This document shows positions 1-10,628 of a stretch of 64,000 nucleotides of DNA, piece by piece. The notes beneath the pieces were generated by a model. That model was not told the origin of the DNA. It saw only the letters and a list, made by a program, of their open reading frames with translations, and searched no databases. The stretch is from Felis catus. Lineage: Eukaryota. Both the position numbers and the translations under genes were made by a program. The number at the start of each line of letters is the position of its first letter. Position 1 is the first letter of the stretch. The DNA lies in NCBI RefSeq assembly GCF_018350175.1, contig NC_058368.1, forward strand, positions 148,120,001 through 148,184,000. Direction: 5' to 3'.

Positions 1-139
1 GGATATCAAAAATGTGCTCATTATTTTTGTGCCTGTTTTCAAACTTAGAAAAGTTTTTTGTGAACTTAATTTTTGTTACAGCTTAAATTAATAAAGGATG
101 ACTTACGTTGAACAGAGAGGTAAAACTTTACCATATAAC

Positions 140-163
140 TTTCTTTCTTTCTTTCTTTCTTTC

Positions 164-204
<41 letters not shown>

Positions 205-207
205 TTT
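140..207. repeat. (TTTC)n microsatellite abutting a SINE poly(A) tail
   Basis: Directly visible TTTC tandem run. Confidence 0.9.
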
Positions 208-424
208 AAATTTTTTTTTTTCAACGTTTATTTATTTTTGGGACAGAGAGAGACAGAACATGAACGGGGGAGGGGCAGAGAGAGAGGGAGACACAGAATT
301 GGAAACAGGCTCCAGGCTCTGAGCCATCAGCCCAGAGCCCGACGCGGGGCTCGAACTCACGGATCTCGAGATCGTGACCTGGCTGAAGTCGGACGCTTAG
401 CCGACTGCACCACCCAGGCGCCCC
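208..424 (-). mobile_element. Can-SINE, young felid subfamily (SINEC_Fc-like)
   Basis: Minus strand reads GGGGCGCCTGGGTGG tRNA-like head, B box GTTCGAGCC, (CT)-rich body, AATAAA and A tail; CpGs largely intact. Confidence 0.95.
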
Positions 425-553
425 TCTTTCCTTTCTTTCTAAGTGCACTGGAAATTGACAGGTGAGGTCATACTATCTGGGAAATAATTCAGCAACTTTA
501 CTAAAAATCATGAAGGCCTTTACTTTAAATGGGGAAAGAAAGTATTGCTTTTA

Positions 554-788
554 TTTATTTTTTTCTTAAAAAAATTTTTTTTAAACGTTTATTTATTTTT
601 GAGACAGAGAGAGACAGAGCATGAATGGGGGAGGGGCCGAGAGAGAGGGAGACACAGAATCGGAAGCAGGCTCCAGGCTCTGAGCCATCAGCCCAGAGCC
701 CTACACGGGGCCTCGAACTCACGGACTGCGAGATCGTGACCTGAGCTGAAGTCGGATGCCCAACCGACTGAGCCACCCAGGCGCCCCC
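554..788 (-). mobile_element. Can-SINE (SINEC_Fc type)
   Basis: Full SINE body; 16-bp TSD GAAAGTATTGCTTTTA at 538-553 and 790-805. Confidence 0.95.
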
Positions 789-1139
789 TGAAAGTATTGC
801 TTTTAAAATAAATTCATCTACAATAGAGGAGGTTATTTACCTAATGATACTAAACCTTAACAAATCTGATACATACAAAAGCTACTCTTATTTGAATGTA
901 TGGAATGAAGCTTAATTTTTTTTTTAATTTGGCTTCATTTCATTACAGTTTGCAGACCAACTCTAAAAAAATTTACATTTGTGTAGTTGGTTTTATGTGT
1001 TTTGTCCTTGCTATATTTAAATATTCTAGGAAAATATTCCCTAGAATTTTTATTTTTGAATTGATGACTTTCCTTGTTCATTGGTTTGTGTGGTTTTGTT
1101 TTCTTTTTTCTTTTCTTTTCATCTCTTTTCTTTTTTCTT

Positions 1140-1915
1140 TAAATATAGACAGGTTGAGATATTTAAACTCAGTAAAATCCACTTTTTTAAAAGTGTACAA
1201 ATCAGTGAGTTTAAACAAATACATGCAGTGACATAACCACATCTGCAATCAAGATGCAGAATATTTCTGAAACCTCAAAAAGCTTCTTCATGTTTTTCAT
1301 AGGTAATTTTCTCTCCCCAAACCCAGGCCCTGGGAAACAGTGATAGGATGTCTTTTTCCTATGGTTTTGTCATAGAGAAACTTAATTAAATGGCATTATA
1401 GTTTTCTTTAAATGTTTATTTTTGAGAGAGAGAGAGAGACAGAGAGTGAGCAAGGGAGGGGCAGAGAGAGAGGGAGACACAGAATCTGAAGTAGCCTCCA
1501 GTCTCCGAGCTGTCAGCACAGATCCCAACTAGGGGCTCAAACCCATGAACCACAAGATCATAACCTGAGCAGAAGTGGACGCTTAACTGACTATGCCACC
1601 CAGTCACCCCACCCCCCTTTTAAAATCATATTACAGTTTTACCCTTTTCTACATGTTTTGTTCAAATTTCCTGCCATTTTTGAGATTCTTTCACATGGTT
1701 ACATTTTGCAGTAGTATGATCTTTCTATTGTTGAGTAGCAACTCAATGGATCGATGTACCCCAGTGAGTCACCAATGGATATTTGCATTCTGCACTTTTG
1801 GTAATTATGAATAAATCTGCTGTGTATATCAATACAGATGTGCTTTTGTGGACTTTTGTTTTCATTTACTTAGGAGTATGGTTGTTACTATATTATACGT
1901 GTAACTTTATAAAAA
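1140..1915 (-). mobile_element. Ancient L1M (L1MB/MC-like) 3' fragment, interrupted by a SINE
   Basis: Resembles recalled L1M 3'UTR reverse complement (TAAAATCCACTTTTTTAAAAGTGTACAAATCAGTGAG; CCCCAAACCCAGGCCCTGGGAAAC; TGAGATTCTTTCACATGGTT). Confidence 0.65.
1402..1610 (-). mobile_element. Can-SINE (older, diverged)
   Basis: GAGA tract, GGAGACACAGAATCTGAAG, GCTGTCAGCACAGA, ends GCCACCCAG. Confidence 0.92.
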
Positions 1916-3241
1916 CTGGGTCCTGGAAAGTTTTATAATGGGAAGAGCTATATAAAACTTTTCTTACATGCCTCCTTCAACATCATCGACAGCCAACATA
2001 TTTAGCATTCCTTTTTTTCTTTTAGACTTGAGGTGAGAGCTGGCCACCAGTGAATAGACAGATGCCTGGAAACATATTTAAGTTATTTGATATAAATCAT
2101 TTCCTTAGTTCATTAATTGTGCCTCTAAAGGCAACGTTCACATGCTTAGTATAGTCAGGAAATGATCTATTCAAAATAAATATAACTGGGTATAGAAAAC
2201 AAAAATTTAATTCATCTGGTGATTTAATTTGTTCTTTCAAATAAACAGGTAAGTTTACATATACATTTACTTAATCCTTATTTTAGATTTCAAGTCTATA
2301 ACATTTTTTTTTTCTAAGAAGAGATGCTAGAATGCTTTCCCTCCTGGGATAGCAATATTTCAACAGGAACGAATTTTACTTCTTGCATCAGTAACTATGC
2401 CAGGGAAATCAAACTAAATAGGAAATTATCTACAACACTAGAATTTCCTTGTCATACCATTTCTTGCATAAAGAAATAACTCTGGGAATATAATATATAT
2501 GAATATTGTGTGATTAATTTATATATAATAAGAGAATATATTACCATAAAATCAAAGAGAAAAAGCTAAATTTTAACACAAAAATATTATGAGATTAAAA
2601 GAGCAACTCTAGTACAATTATTCTTCAAAATTTTCACCCTAACGTACTAGAATGATTTTCCCATAGTATTAGAATAATATTATTCTGAATAATTACATGT
2701 AAGCCATTCAATTACAAATCCAGGATAAAATGTCAATTTTTGGTAATTCTATGAGCTATTCCACTCTACTTTCTAGCCTAACGCTACATCACTACATGCA
2801 TATATCTTACAGTCTAGGCATTGTTTGGTTCATGATTTCTGAACAAGCCATTCTATTTTTCTGCTTTATCAGTATGGAATGACCTTAGTTATATTCCCAC
2901 TTTAAATCCATGCAAATCCACCTAAGAAAAACTTGAATGTCAGCCGCATTTTCTGCTTTCTCTTTCCAATACCTTACTTTTTTCCATTCCAACCCAGAAC
3001 CTGTGGCTTATAATTTCAGGATGTATTTCACTGACATCTGGTAAAATTAGCTGTTTAAACACAATCCTTTATCTCTCCAACTGGAGTATAATATAGTTGA
3101 AGGCCACTTTTTGAAGGGATGAATGCTCTGCAAAGGGATCTACTAAAGAGTGAACACAGAAGTAACTATCTTTTAATTTAATAAGTGCATGCAGTGAGGG
3201 AGTTACCCTGGTAAACACAGGTAATTTAATGCTATTTCGAC

Positions 3242-3450
3242 TTTATTTATTTTTAATTTGTTTTTAATTTTTTAATGTTTATTTTTGAGAGAGAGAGAGG
3301 GAGAGAGAGCGCGCACGAGCGAGCATGGGTAGGGGAGGGGCAGAGAGAGAGGGAGACACAGAATCTGAAACAAGCCCGAACTCACGAACTGCGAGATGCT
3401 GACCTGAGCCAAAGTTAGACACTTAACTGACTGAGCCACCCAGGTGCCCC
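3242..3450 (-). mobile_element. Can-SINE with internal deletion
   Basis: SINE body joins GAATCTGAAACAAGC directly to CGAACTCACG, lacking the GCTCCAGGCTCTGAGCTGTCAGCACAGAG segment present in neighbouring copies. Confidence 0.9.
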
Positions 3451-3619
3451 AACATAGATCTGTCGTTAAGATGCACACACGATGTATCGTGGAAAACACA
3501 CAATTTACACTAGAACATAATACACTTAATAGGGAAATGCACCATGTTGAATAGTTTAAAACTTCTCAGAATAGATGGCTGAGTTGCATCATGCAAAGGA
3601 GTAAAAATATGGCAGATGA

Positions 3620-3836
3620 GGGGCGCCTGGGTGGCGCAGTCGGTTAAGCATCTGACTTCAGCCAGGTCAGGATCTTGCGGTCTGTGAGTTCGAGCCCCAC
3701 GTCAGGCTCTGGGCTGATGGCTCAGAGCCTGGAGCCTGTTTCCGATTCTGTGTCTCCCTCTCTCTCTGCCCCTCCCCCGTTCATGCTCTGTCTCTCTCTG
3801 TCCCAAAAATAAATAAACGTTGAAAAAAAAATAAAA
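3620..3836 (+). mobile_element. Can-SINE, young felid subfamily
   Basis: GGGGCGCCTGGGTGGCGCAGTCGG head; perfect 17-bp TSD AAAAATATGGCAGATGA (3603-3619, 3837-3853). Confidence 0.97.
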
Positions 3837-3986
3837 AAAAATATGGCAGATGAATGAGGAAGAGAATGCTAATTTTTGTCTAATTATACAAACCTGAATC
3901 ATTTTTCACTGGTATGATAATTAGTTGAATAGGGAAGGTGGCAGGGGCAGAGCAAGCTAGTTATTTTAAAATGTAGGTATGATTCA

Positions 3987-4200
3987 GGGGTGCCTGGGTG
4001 GCTCAGTCGGTTGAGCGTCTGACTTCGGCGCAGGTCATGATCTCACAGTTTGTGAGTTCAAGCCCCGCACCCGGCTCTGTGCTGACAGCTTGGGGCCTGG
4101 AGCATGCTTCGGATTCTGTGTCTCCCTCTGTCTCTGCCCCAAACCCACTCGCATTCTGTCTCTATCTCAAAAATAAATGAAAACATTAAATAAAAAATAT
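3987..4200 (+). mobile_element. Can-SINE
   Basis: Full body; TSD TAAAATGTAGGTATGATTCA / TAAAATGTATATATGATTCA (3967-3986, 4201-4220). Confidence 0.95.
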
Positions 4201-4309
4201 TAAAATGTATATATGATTCAGTGGTATAAATCTTTCCTGAACAAGCCTGTTCTACATCACCTCATGCCTTCTTGTGGCTAGAAAATAAATTAATTAAGTT
4301 TTATTACCA

Positions 4310-4880
4310 AAGATGGACATGCAAATTAAGATTACTAAGGTATAACCTTTATACACACCATATATGCATCAATTAAGAAGTCTAATGTTACCATAGGCAA
4401 ACAATTAGAAATAGATAATTCTTACTCATTGAAAACAAGAGCATAAACTGATACAAATTCTTTAAAAAATAATTTGGAATTATATTAGGTGAACATTTAT
4501 AAACTTCTTACACAGTCATTTTGCTGTTCAGTATATGGCTTAGAATAATTGTTCTATGTTTACCAAGGTGCATGTGCAAAACGTATTTGCCTGTGCATTT
4601 CATATTAGCAACAACAACAACAAAAAAAAACCACCAACAAGACAAATTTTCATTGACTGGAAATGGATAAGTGAATAATTGTGTTTATACACAATGAAAT
4701 ATTTAAGGCAGTGAAAATGAATGCATAATCTTCTCTAATAACAACATGGATGAGTTGTGGAAACTCAATGTTGAACGAAAGGAATAATAACAGAACATTA
4801 TATACAGTATGATAACATAATATCACATTTTTCAACCTCAAAGCGAAGAAACACTACGTGATATATTCTTTAGAAATACC
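4310..4880 (+). mobile_element. Ancient L1ME-like 3' remnant
   Basis: Degenerate L1 motifs (ATGGATAAGTGAATAATTGTGTTTATACACAATGAAATATT; ACAACATGGATGAG; TATACAGTATGAT). Confidence 0.55.
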
Positions 4881-5175
4881 AGATATATGGAACTTTTTCT
4901 AATCCAACTGAGTAATGGAAACAAAACTGCAGGTATTGGTTTATCTCCTTAGGAAGGCACATAAGGCATCAGAAATGAGTCTCACTTCAAGAGCACCAAA
5001 AGTGTTCTGCTTTGTTATTGTTGCTGTTACTCTGCTTCACATCTCATATGCCTTTTCATAATTTATTTTAAATATTTTAAATACCGCAAAAATTTTAGAA
5101 GAGAGTATCTAAAAAGGTAGCCTCTTAATAGTCATTTACCATTTCTGTGAATCAAATATCAAAAATAAAAATCAA

Positions 5176-5585
5176 GCGGCGCCTGGGTGGTTGAGTCGCT
5201 TAAGCATCTGACTCTTGATCTTGGCTCAGGTCATGATCTCATGGTTCTTGAGATGGAACCGCATATCTGGCTCTTTTCTGTTTTTTTTTTCTTTTTTTTT
5301 TCAACGTTTATTTATTTTTGGGGGGACAGAGAGAGACAGAGCATGAACGGGGGAGGGGCAGAGAGAGGGAGACACAGAATCAGAAACAGGCTCCGAGCCA
5401 TCAGCCCAGATGCCTGGCGCGGGGCTCGAACTCACGGACCGCGAGATCGTGACCTGGCTGAAGCCGGATGCTTAACCAACTGCGCCACCCAGGCGCCCCA
5501 TATCTGGCTCTTTTCTGACAGCACACTAAACCTGCTTGGGATTTTCTTTCTCCCTCTGTCTCTGTCCCTCCTCTGCTTGTGCACA

Positions 5586-5635
<50 letters not shown>

Positions 5636-5655
5636 ATAAATAACTAAACTTTAAA
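5176..5655 (+). mobile_element. Older Can-SINE split by a nested antisense SINE (host segments 5176-5280 and 5518-5655)
   Basis: Head GGCGCCTGGGTGG...GGTCATGATCTC resumes after the insert as ACAGC...CCTGCTTGGGATT, (CT)n, AAAATAAA. Confidence 0.92.
5281..5499 (-). mobile_element. Young Can-SINE nested in an older SINE
   Basis: 18-bp perfect TSD ATATCTGGCTCTTTTCTG at 5263-5280 and 5500-5517. Confidence 0.96.
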
Positions 5656-5829
5656 AGAAAATCCAAATGCATTGTTCAATAGAAAATTGAAATATAAAGT
5701 AAATAAAACTTAATATTTATTTTTGCATATGTGCTTGGAATGGAGCTATGCCTTCAACTGTTTGTATTCTTACTTCAATTAAGTTATTAACTTCTAACAC
5801 AATCCAAAATAACAAATGTAAATACTACA

Positions 5830-6047
5830 GGAATGCCTGGGTGGCTCAGTCAGTTAAGTGACTCTGGATTTCGGCTCAGGTTATGATCTCATGGTTTGGG
5901 AGTTCAAACCCCACCTCAGGCTCTGGGCTGACAGGGCGGAGCGTGCTTGGGACTCTTTCCCTGCCTCTCTCTCTCTGTATCTTCTCCACTTGAATGCACA
6001 TGTGCTCTCCCTGTCTCTGGCTCTCTCTCAAAAATAAACTTAAAAAA
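5830..6047 (+). mobile_element. Can-SINE (older)
   Basis: GCCTGGGTGGCTCAGTCAGTTAAG head, GAGTTCAAACCCC, CT tract, AAAATAAAC tail. Confidence 0.92.
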
Positions 6048-6826
6048 CTTAAAGAATAATAAATACAACAAAAATTATAACACAGCAAAAGATATTATTT
6101 GTATGTAGTAAAAATAAACACAGCAATGACAAAATGACACATACTAAGTAATGTCTACTTGTGCAACTACAGTGGTAGATCTGAAATATTTCTTCAGTTT
6201 TGCGTTTGGCCTATTAATCATATTAAGGATGAAAAGACATGCAATAATGTAAATATACAGCAATTTCACAATAGATTTAGAGACATAAATGGATTGTGTT
6301 ATAAAGAGAAGTGGATATTTTAAACAAACTTTTTTGAGGAACAGCTAATATACTGATCTAAAAGATAAATAGTTCTCAATATGCCTTGATTAATAAGTAA
6401 ATGTCATAAATTTTTATTAAATATATTACCAAACATAGGACCACAAAGTGCTTCTCAAATATAATTATCAAATATGATAATTTTTAAGGTGAAAATACTT
6501 CTCAGATAAATCTTTAATACTAAAAGCCCTAATCACAAGAAAAAATATTTGAGAAGAAAATACCGCAGAAAGAAAAATTTTGTTACACCACAATACATAA
6601 AATTAAAATTGATCTTTAAAATTCAAAGCTTGTAAATATGCTTCAAGATTGTTAACATATAAACAAATGCCAGTCTGTAGAAGGACAAAGGATCCTGTAA
6701 AATTCATAATAAGGGAAAGGTAGGGGCAGAGCGATGGGAGAGAGAGGGTGAGGGGAGAAACAGGATGGCAGAAGGAGGAAGAGAGAGAAGGAGAAAAGCA
6801 AGGAAACAAAGTTGAAAATATTTTGC

Positions 6827-7052
6827 ACTTTTTTAAAATGTTTGTTTGTTTGTTTGTTTATTTATTTATTTATTTAGAGATAGAGTACAAGCGGGGAAAG
6901 GGCAGAGAGAGAAGGAGATACAGAATCCAAAGCAGGCTCCAGGCTCTGAGCTGTCAGCACAGAGCATGATGCAGGGCTTGAACCCATAAAACCATGAGAT
7001 CATGACCTGAGCCAAAATTGGATGCTTAATCGACTGAGCCAGCCAGGAGCCC
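6827..7052 (-). mobile_element. Can-SINE
   Basis: 14-bp TSD TGAAAATATTTTGC (6813-6826, 7053-7066). Confidence 0.94.
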
Positions 7053-7504
7053 TGAAAATATTTTGCTTTAACATCTGGTTACTCAAGATGTCATTTGCAT
7101 TAAAACAAAAAGGTCATTAAAGTAATACTACAACTTCTGGCATTTGGATGAAACATTTCCATATCAAATTATCAAAGATGTAAGGATGAACTCATGGAGA
7201 AGCAAATAAAATACATATTCATATGCACAAAGCTGTAATTTTTCCATTGAAGGAAATGAAAGAATCATTCACTAGCTAGCCTATATCTAGCTCAGTGGCT
7301 TCAGAAATTTTATAATAATTTTTATGTCCCCATATAATGAGGTGATACACACACACACACACACATACACCCCACATACATAATAATCACCAGATTGAAA
7401 CAGTTTCAGCATGCTCCTTTGGAAACAGCAAGAATGTGGGAGAGACCATACATAATTCTATTATATGAAAATAATACATTATTCTGCTGAATTTGAAAAT
7501 AAAA

Positions 7505-7600
7505 TTATTATATAGAAATGCAGAAATGAATCCCAGATGTGAAGTAATTCAAGGTCACACAGCTAATTAAGGAACCAAATGGAAATTTGAATGAGTCTCA
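7505..7600 (-). mobile_element. MIR fragment
   Basis: CAAGGTCACACAGCTAATTAAG core motif. Confidence 0.5.
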
Positions 7601-7655
7601 CATAACTTTTTTTTTTTTTTTAAGGCCTCTTACCACTCTGGTCTATTTTTGAGAA

Positions 7656-7842
7656 CAATAATTGTCAGTGTGATGCCTCCAGACAAATAGTCTCAGCATC
7701 ACTTGGCAACTTGATAGAAATGCAAATTTTGAGGTCCCACCCAAAACTCCTGAAATAGAAACTCTGAAAGGGAAGTCTAGGAATATGTTTTTAACAAGCC
7801 CTTCAGGTGATTCTGATGTATACTAATGTACAAGAATGCTTG
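7656..7842 (+). mobile_element. MER5A-like hAT-Charlie DNA transposon
   Basis: CAGCATCACTTGGCAACTTGATAGAAATGCAAATT...GAAACTCTG...TTTTAACAAGCCCTTCAGGTGATTCTGATG matches recalled MER5A. Confidence 0.85.
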
Positions 7843-7852
7843 GCTCAGCTTT

Positions 7853-8340
7853 TGACAACAGCCAACAATAAATTCTGCACTCACGAATTCATCCAGTCTT
7901 AGTGTCTTGTGGAGTACCATGCACCTGTTACTAATCAGGAAAAATTCCACACACTTCCGCCCACTGCCTCTTGGTATCTGACAGAACTTTACTCACAAAG
8001 GGAAGAGACAAAGCAGGATCTGCTTCAACAGTGGGCGTGGGTTCCCCATGGCCAGCAGGTCTCTTGGCAGTGGGAGGCCCATACAGGGAATTCAGCCTAA
8101 ACATATCGCTATCAGGGCTACAGTGGAAGAAAGCCCCTTCTGTTGCCTCAGGGGACAGATTTAACAGTGGGATGGGCCAGATATTGTGACATGTGACACA
8201 TTACCTCACAGGATGATAAATCCAGCACAGGCTGTTGGGGCTCTTTCTCTCTTGATAAGCAAGTGTTCCAGGACCAAGGCTCATTCCTGTGCAGGGAGAG
8301 GAAGTTGAGAGACTGCACTTGTGAGACTGCCTTTCCAACG
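7853..8340 (-). mobile_element. Solo LTR, MER76-like (ERVL)
   Basis: Minus strand begins GTTGGAAAGGCAGTCTCACAAGTGCAGTC...GGAATGAGCCTTGG...GGAACACTT..TTATCAAGAG...CAGCCTGTGCTGG, as in recalled MER76; GC elevated over flanks. Confidence 0.65.
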
Positions 8341-8509
8341 CACCTAACACATATTTGTAGAGGCACATTTTATGGAAAAGGTATCCTCTTAGAGGGAACA
8401 GAACCAATCAAGACATTCCTTCAAATAATAGTCATATATACAAGAGATGAGAAAGGAGTTCTAACAATAGGATCTAACTCTAATTTTTTGAATTTTTTTT
8501 TGTAATTTC

Positions 8510-8705
8510 GTTTTTTAATTGAAGTTTAGCTGACATATATAATGTTATATTAATTTCAGGTGTGCAAAATAGTGACTCCATACCACAGGTTACACGGTGC
8601 TCACCACTTAAGTACAATCGCCACCACAATACAATATTATTGCAATATTATTGACTATATGCCCTATGCTGTATTTTCATCCCATAACATGGTTATTTTA
8701 GAACT
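8510..8705 (-). mobile_element. Carnivore L1 3'UTR fragment
   Basis: TTGAAGTTTAGCTGACA..AATGTTATATTAATTTCAGGTGTGCAA...TATTATTGACTATATGCCCTATGCTGTA. Confidence 0.75.
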
Positions 8706-8937
8706 AATTTTTTATTCATTAATTATCCCTTTATAAATAGTACATTTTGTTTCTCATTCAGATTTATTTTGGCTGTCTTGCTATACACTCCTATAAGGAT
8801 GAGCATTTTTCCATTTGACCATTTTATATTAAAAATTACATTTGAGCATTTTATATTAAAAATTACACTTTGTTAAAATGGCAAATGAACTTATTTTTTT
8901 CTGATTTGAAGACTGCAACTTAAAAAACAATGGTATA

Positions 8938-9100
8938 GGGGCTTCTGGGTGGCTCAGTTGGTTAAGCCTCTGACTTTGGATCAGGTCATGATCTCACAGT
9001 TGTTGGGTTCGAGCCCCATCTCAGGCCCTTTGCTGACAGCCCAGCTGCTTTGGATTCTGTGTCTCTCAAAAATAAATAAACACTAAAACAATTTAAAAAA
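8938..9100 (+). mobile_element. Can-SINE lacking most of the CT-rich segment
   Basis: Head and B box present; GATTCTGTGTCTC joins directly to TCAAAAATAAATAAAC. Confidence 0.88.
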
Positions 9101-9169
9101 CAACAACACTATACAACACACTAAATAGTTTTATAAATGAAATAAAAATAGAACAAATAGACAATAACT

Positions 9170-10100
9170 AGTTGGTGAGAAGGTACAGCAACAGGAACAT
9201 CAGAAACTTTACATGTTAACTTTTTGACAATGTCTAGAAGGCTATACATATATCCTATATGTATGTATAATAGGTAAATATACGATCCTAGGAATACACT
9301 CAAAAGAAATCTGTGCATGTATTCACTAAAAGACCTGTAGAAGAATGTTCATAGAACTGTTTTTCTTCCAGTCTCTGAAACAGTATGTTATGGAACGTGG
9401 TCTGGATCAGTGGGTGGAAGAACAAAGCAGCACTCTGAGATCTTGTAAGGCAGGAGGTTTATTTTACACCAGGAGGCTCAGAGGAGATCACTTTCCAAAG
9501 GTCTAAGTCCAGAGCATAAGCAAAGGGGACAATTTATGGTCTGTTACTTCTGCATTCCGCATTAGTGGTAATTTGGCAAGGGCAGCAAGCAGGGTGGGAA
9601 GAAAAACCCGGAAGCGGAGTCTTTGGGCAGGGACTGGAATTCTCCTATCAGTCCTGTCAGCCATCTTCTAACAGATTTTTCCCTACCAAGTAAAAACCCA
9701 AATGCCCATTAACAGAATAATGGATAAACAAACTATGGTATATCCACACAATGGGCTACTATACAGCAAAGAGAATCATTGACCTATTACTACATCAAAA
9801 AACAAGGGGGAATTGTAAGATTCTAACATTGAGGCAAATAAACCAAACACACAAATGAGTCCATTTAGTATAATTTATTTATGTTTTAAAACAGGCAAAA
9901 CTTTTCTAAGGTGTTAGAAGTCAGGATAATGCTTATTCTTATTATAACACAAAGTGGCTAGAAGAGGGTGGTGTGCTGTTACATGGCTGTATTTATCTGG
10001 GTGTTGGTTCCTCTAGTGTATACACTTTGTGGAATATCACTGAGCTGAACATATGATTTGAACTCTTCTGTTTATTTATTGTACTTCAATGCAATACATA
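9170..10100 (+). mobile_element. Ancient L1M (MC/ME-like) 3' remnant, interrupted by a solo LTR
   Basis: AGAATGTTCATAG...AACCCAAATGCCCATTAACAGAATAATGGATAAACAAACTATGGTATATCCACACAATGG; AAAACAGGCAAAACT..GTGTTAGAAGTCAGGATA. Confidence 0.7.
9386..9688 (-). mobile_element. Solo LTR (303 bp), ERV1-like by TSD length
   Basis: TG...CA termini, 4-bp TSD AGTA (9382-9385, 9689-9692), minus-strand AATAAA near 9458-9463; host L1 sequence resumes after it. Confidence 0.75.
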
Positions 10101-10297
10101 AAAAGCAAAAATAAAATAGGTCTCCTATAGGTCTCCTATATAGTATAAAACATATCAAAAAGTAATTTGACAAATAAATTTTGAAAATAATTGCCCAGAC
10201 CCTTTTGTTTACACATTTACTAGCTAGAATATGTCATTCCATATCTACCTTCAGGATGTGGATTCATCATTTAACTGCAAAAAATGAAAAATAAAAC

Positions 10298-10628
10298 AAA
10301 TAAATATATATATTATATAATATATATATTTATATATGTATATATTATATAAATTATATTAAATAAATATATATTTTATAATTTTATATTATATTTTATA
10401 ATATATATTATATTATATACAATATATTAAATTATATATTATTTATATATTATATATAATTTAATATATTTAATATATTATATATTAAATTATATATTAA
10501 ATATAATATAATTATATTACATTTTATAATATATATTTATATTAAATAAATATATATTAAATTATATTAAATATATAATATATAAATCATATTAAATAAA
10601 TAAATTATATATTTATATAATATATATT
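10298..10628. repeat. Degenerate (TA)n-rich low-complexity tract
   Basis: 331 nt with only 4 G/C bases (10338, 10420, 10520, 10588). Confidence 0.95.

Noticed and set aside
3620..3700. SINE heads as tRNA genes
   Set aside because: A/B boxes are tRNA-derived but run into CT tracts, A tails and TSDs; these are SINEs.
6050..6700. Possible ancient L1 endonuclease-region remnant
   Set aside because: A-rich with faint L1-like phrases, but too degenerate to call by eye.
10116..10140. 11-bp tandem ATAGGTCTCCT x2 (similarly ATGAAATTAA x3 at 49061-49090)
   Set aside because: Ordinary slippage micro-duplications with no functional signal.
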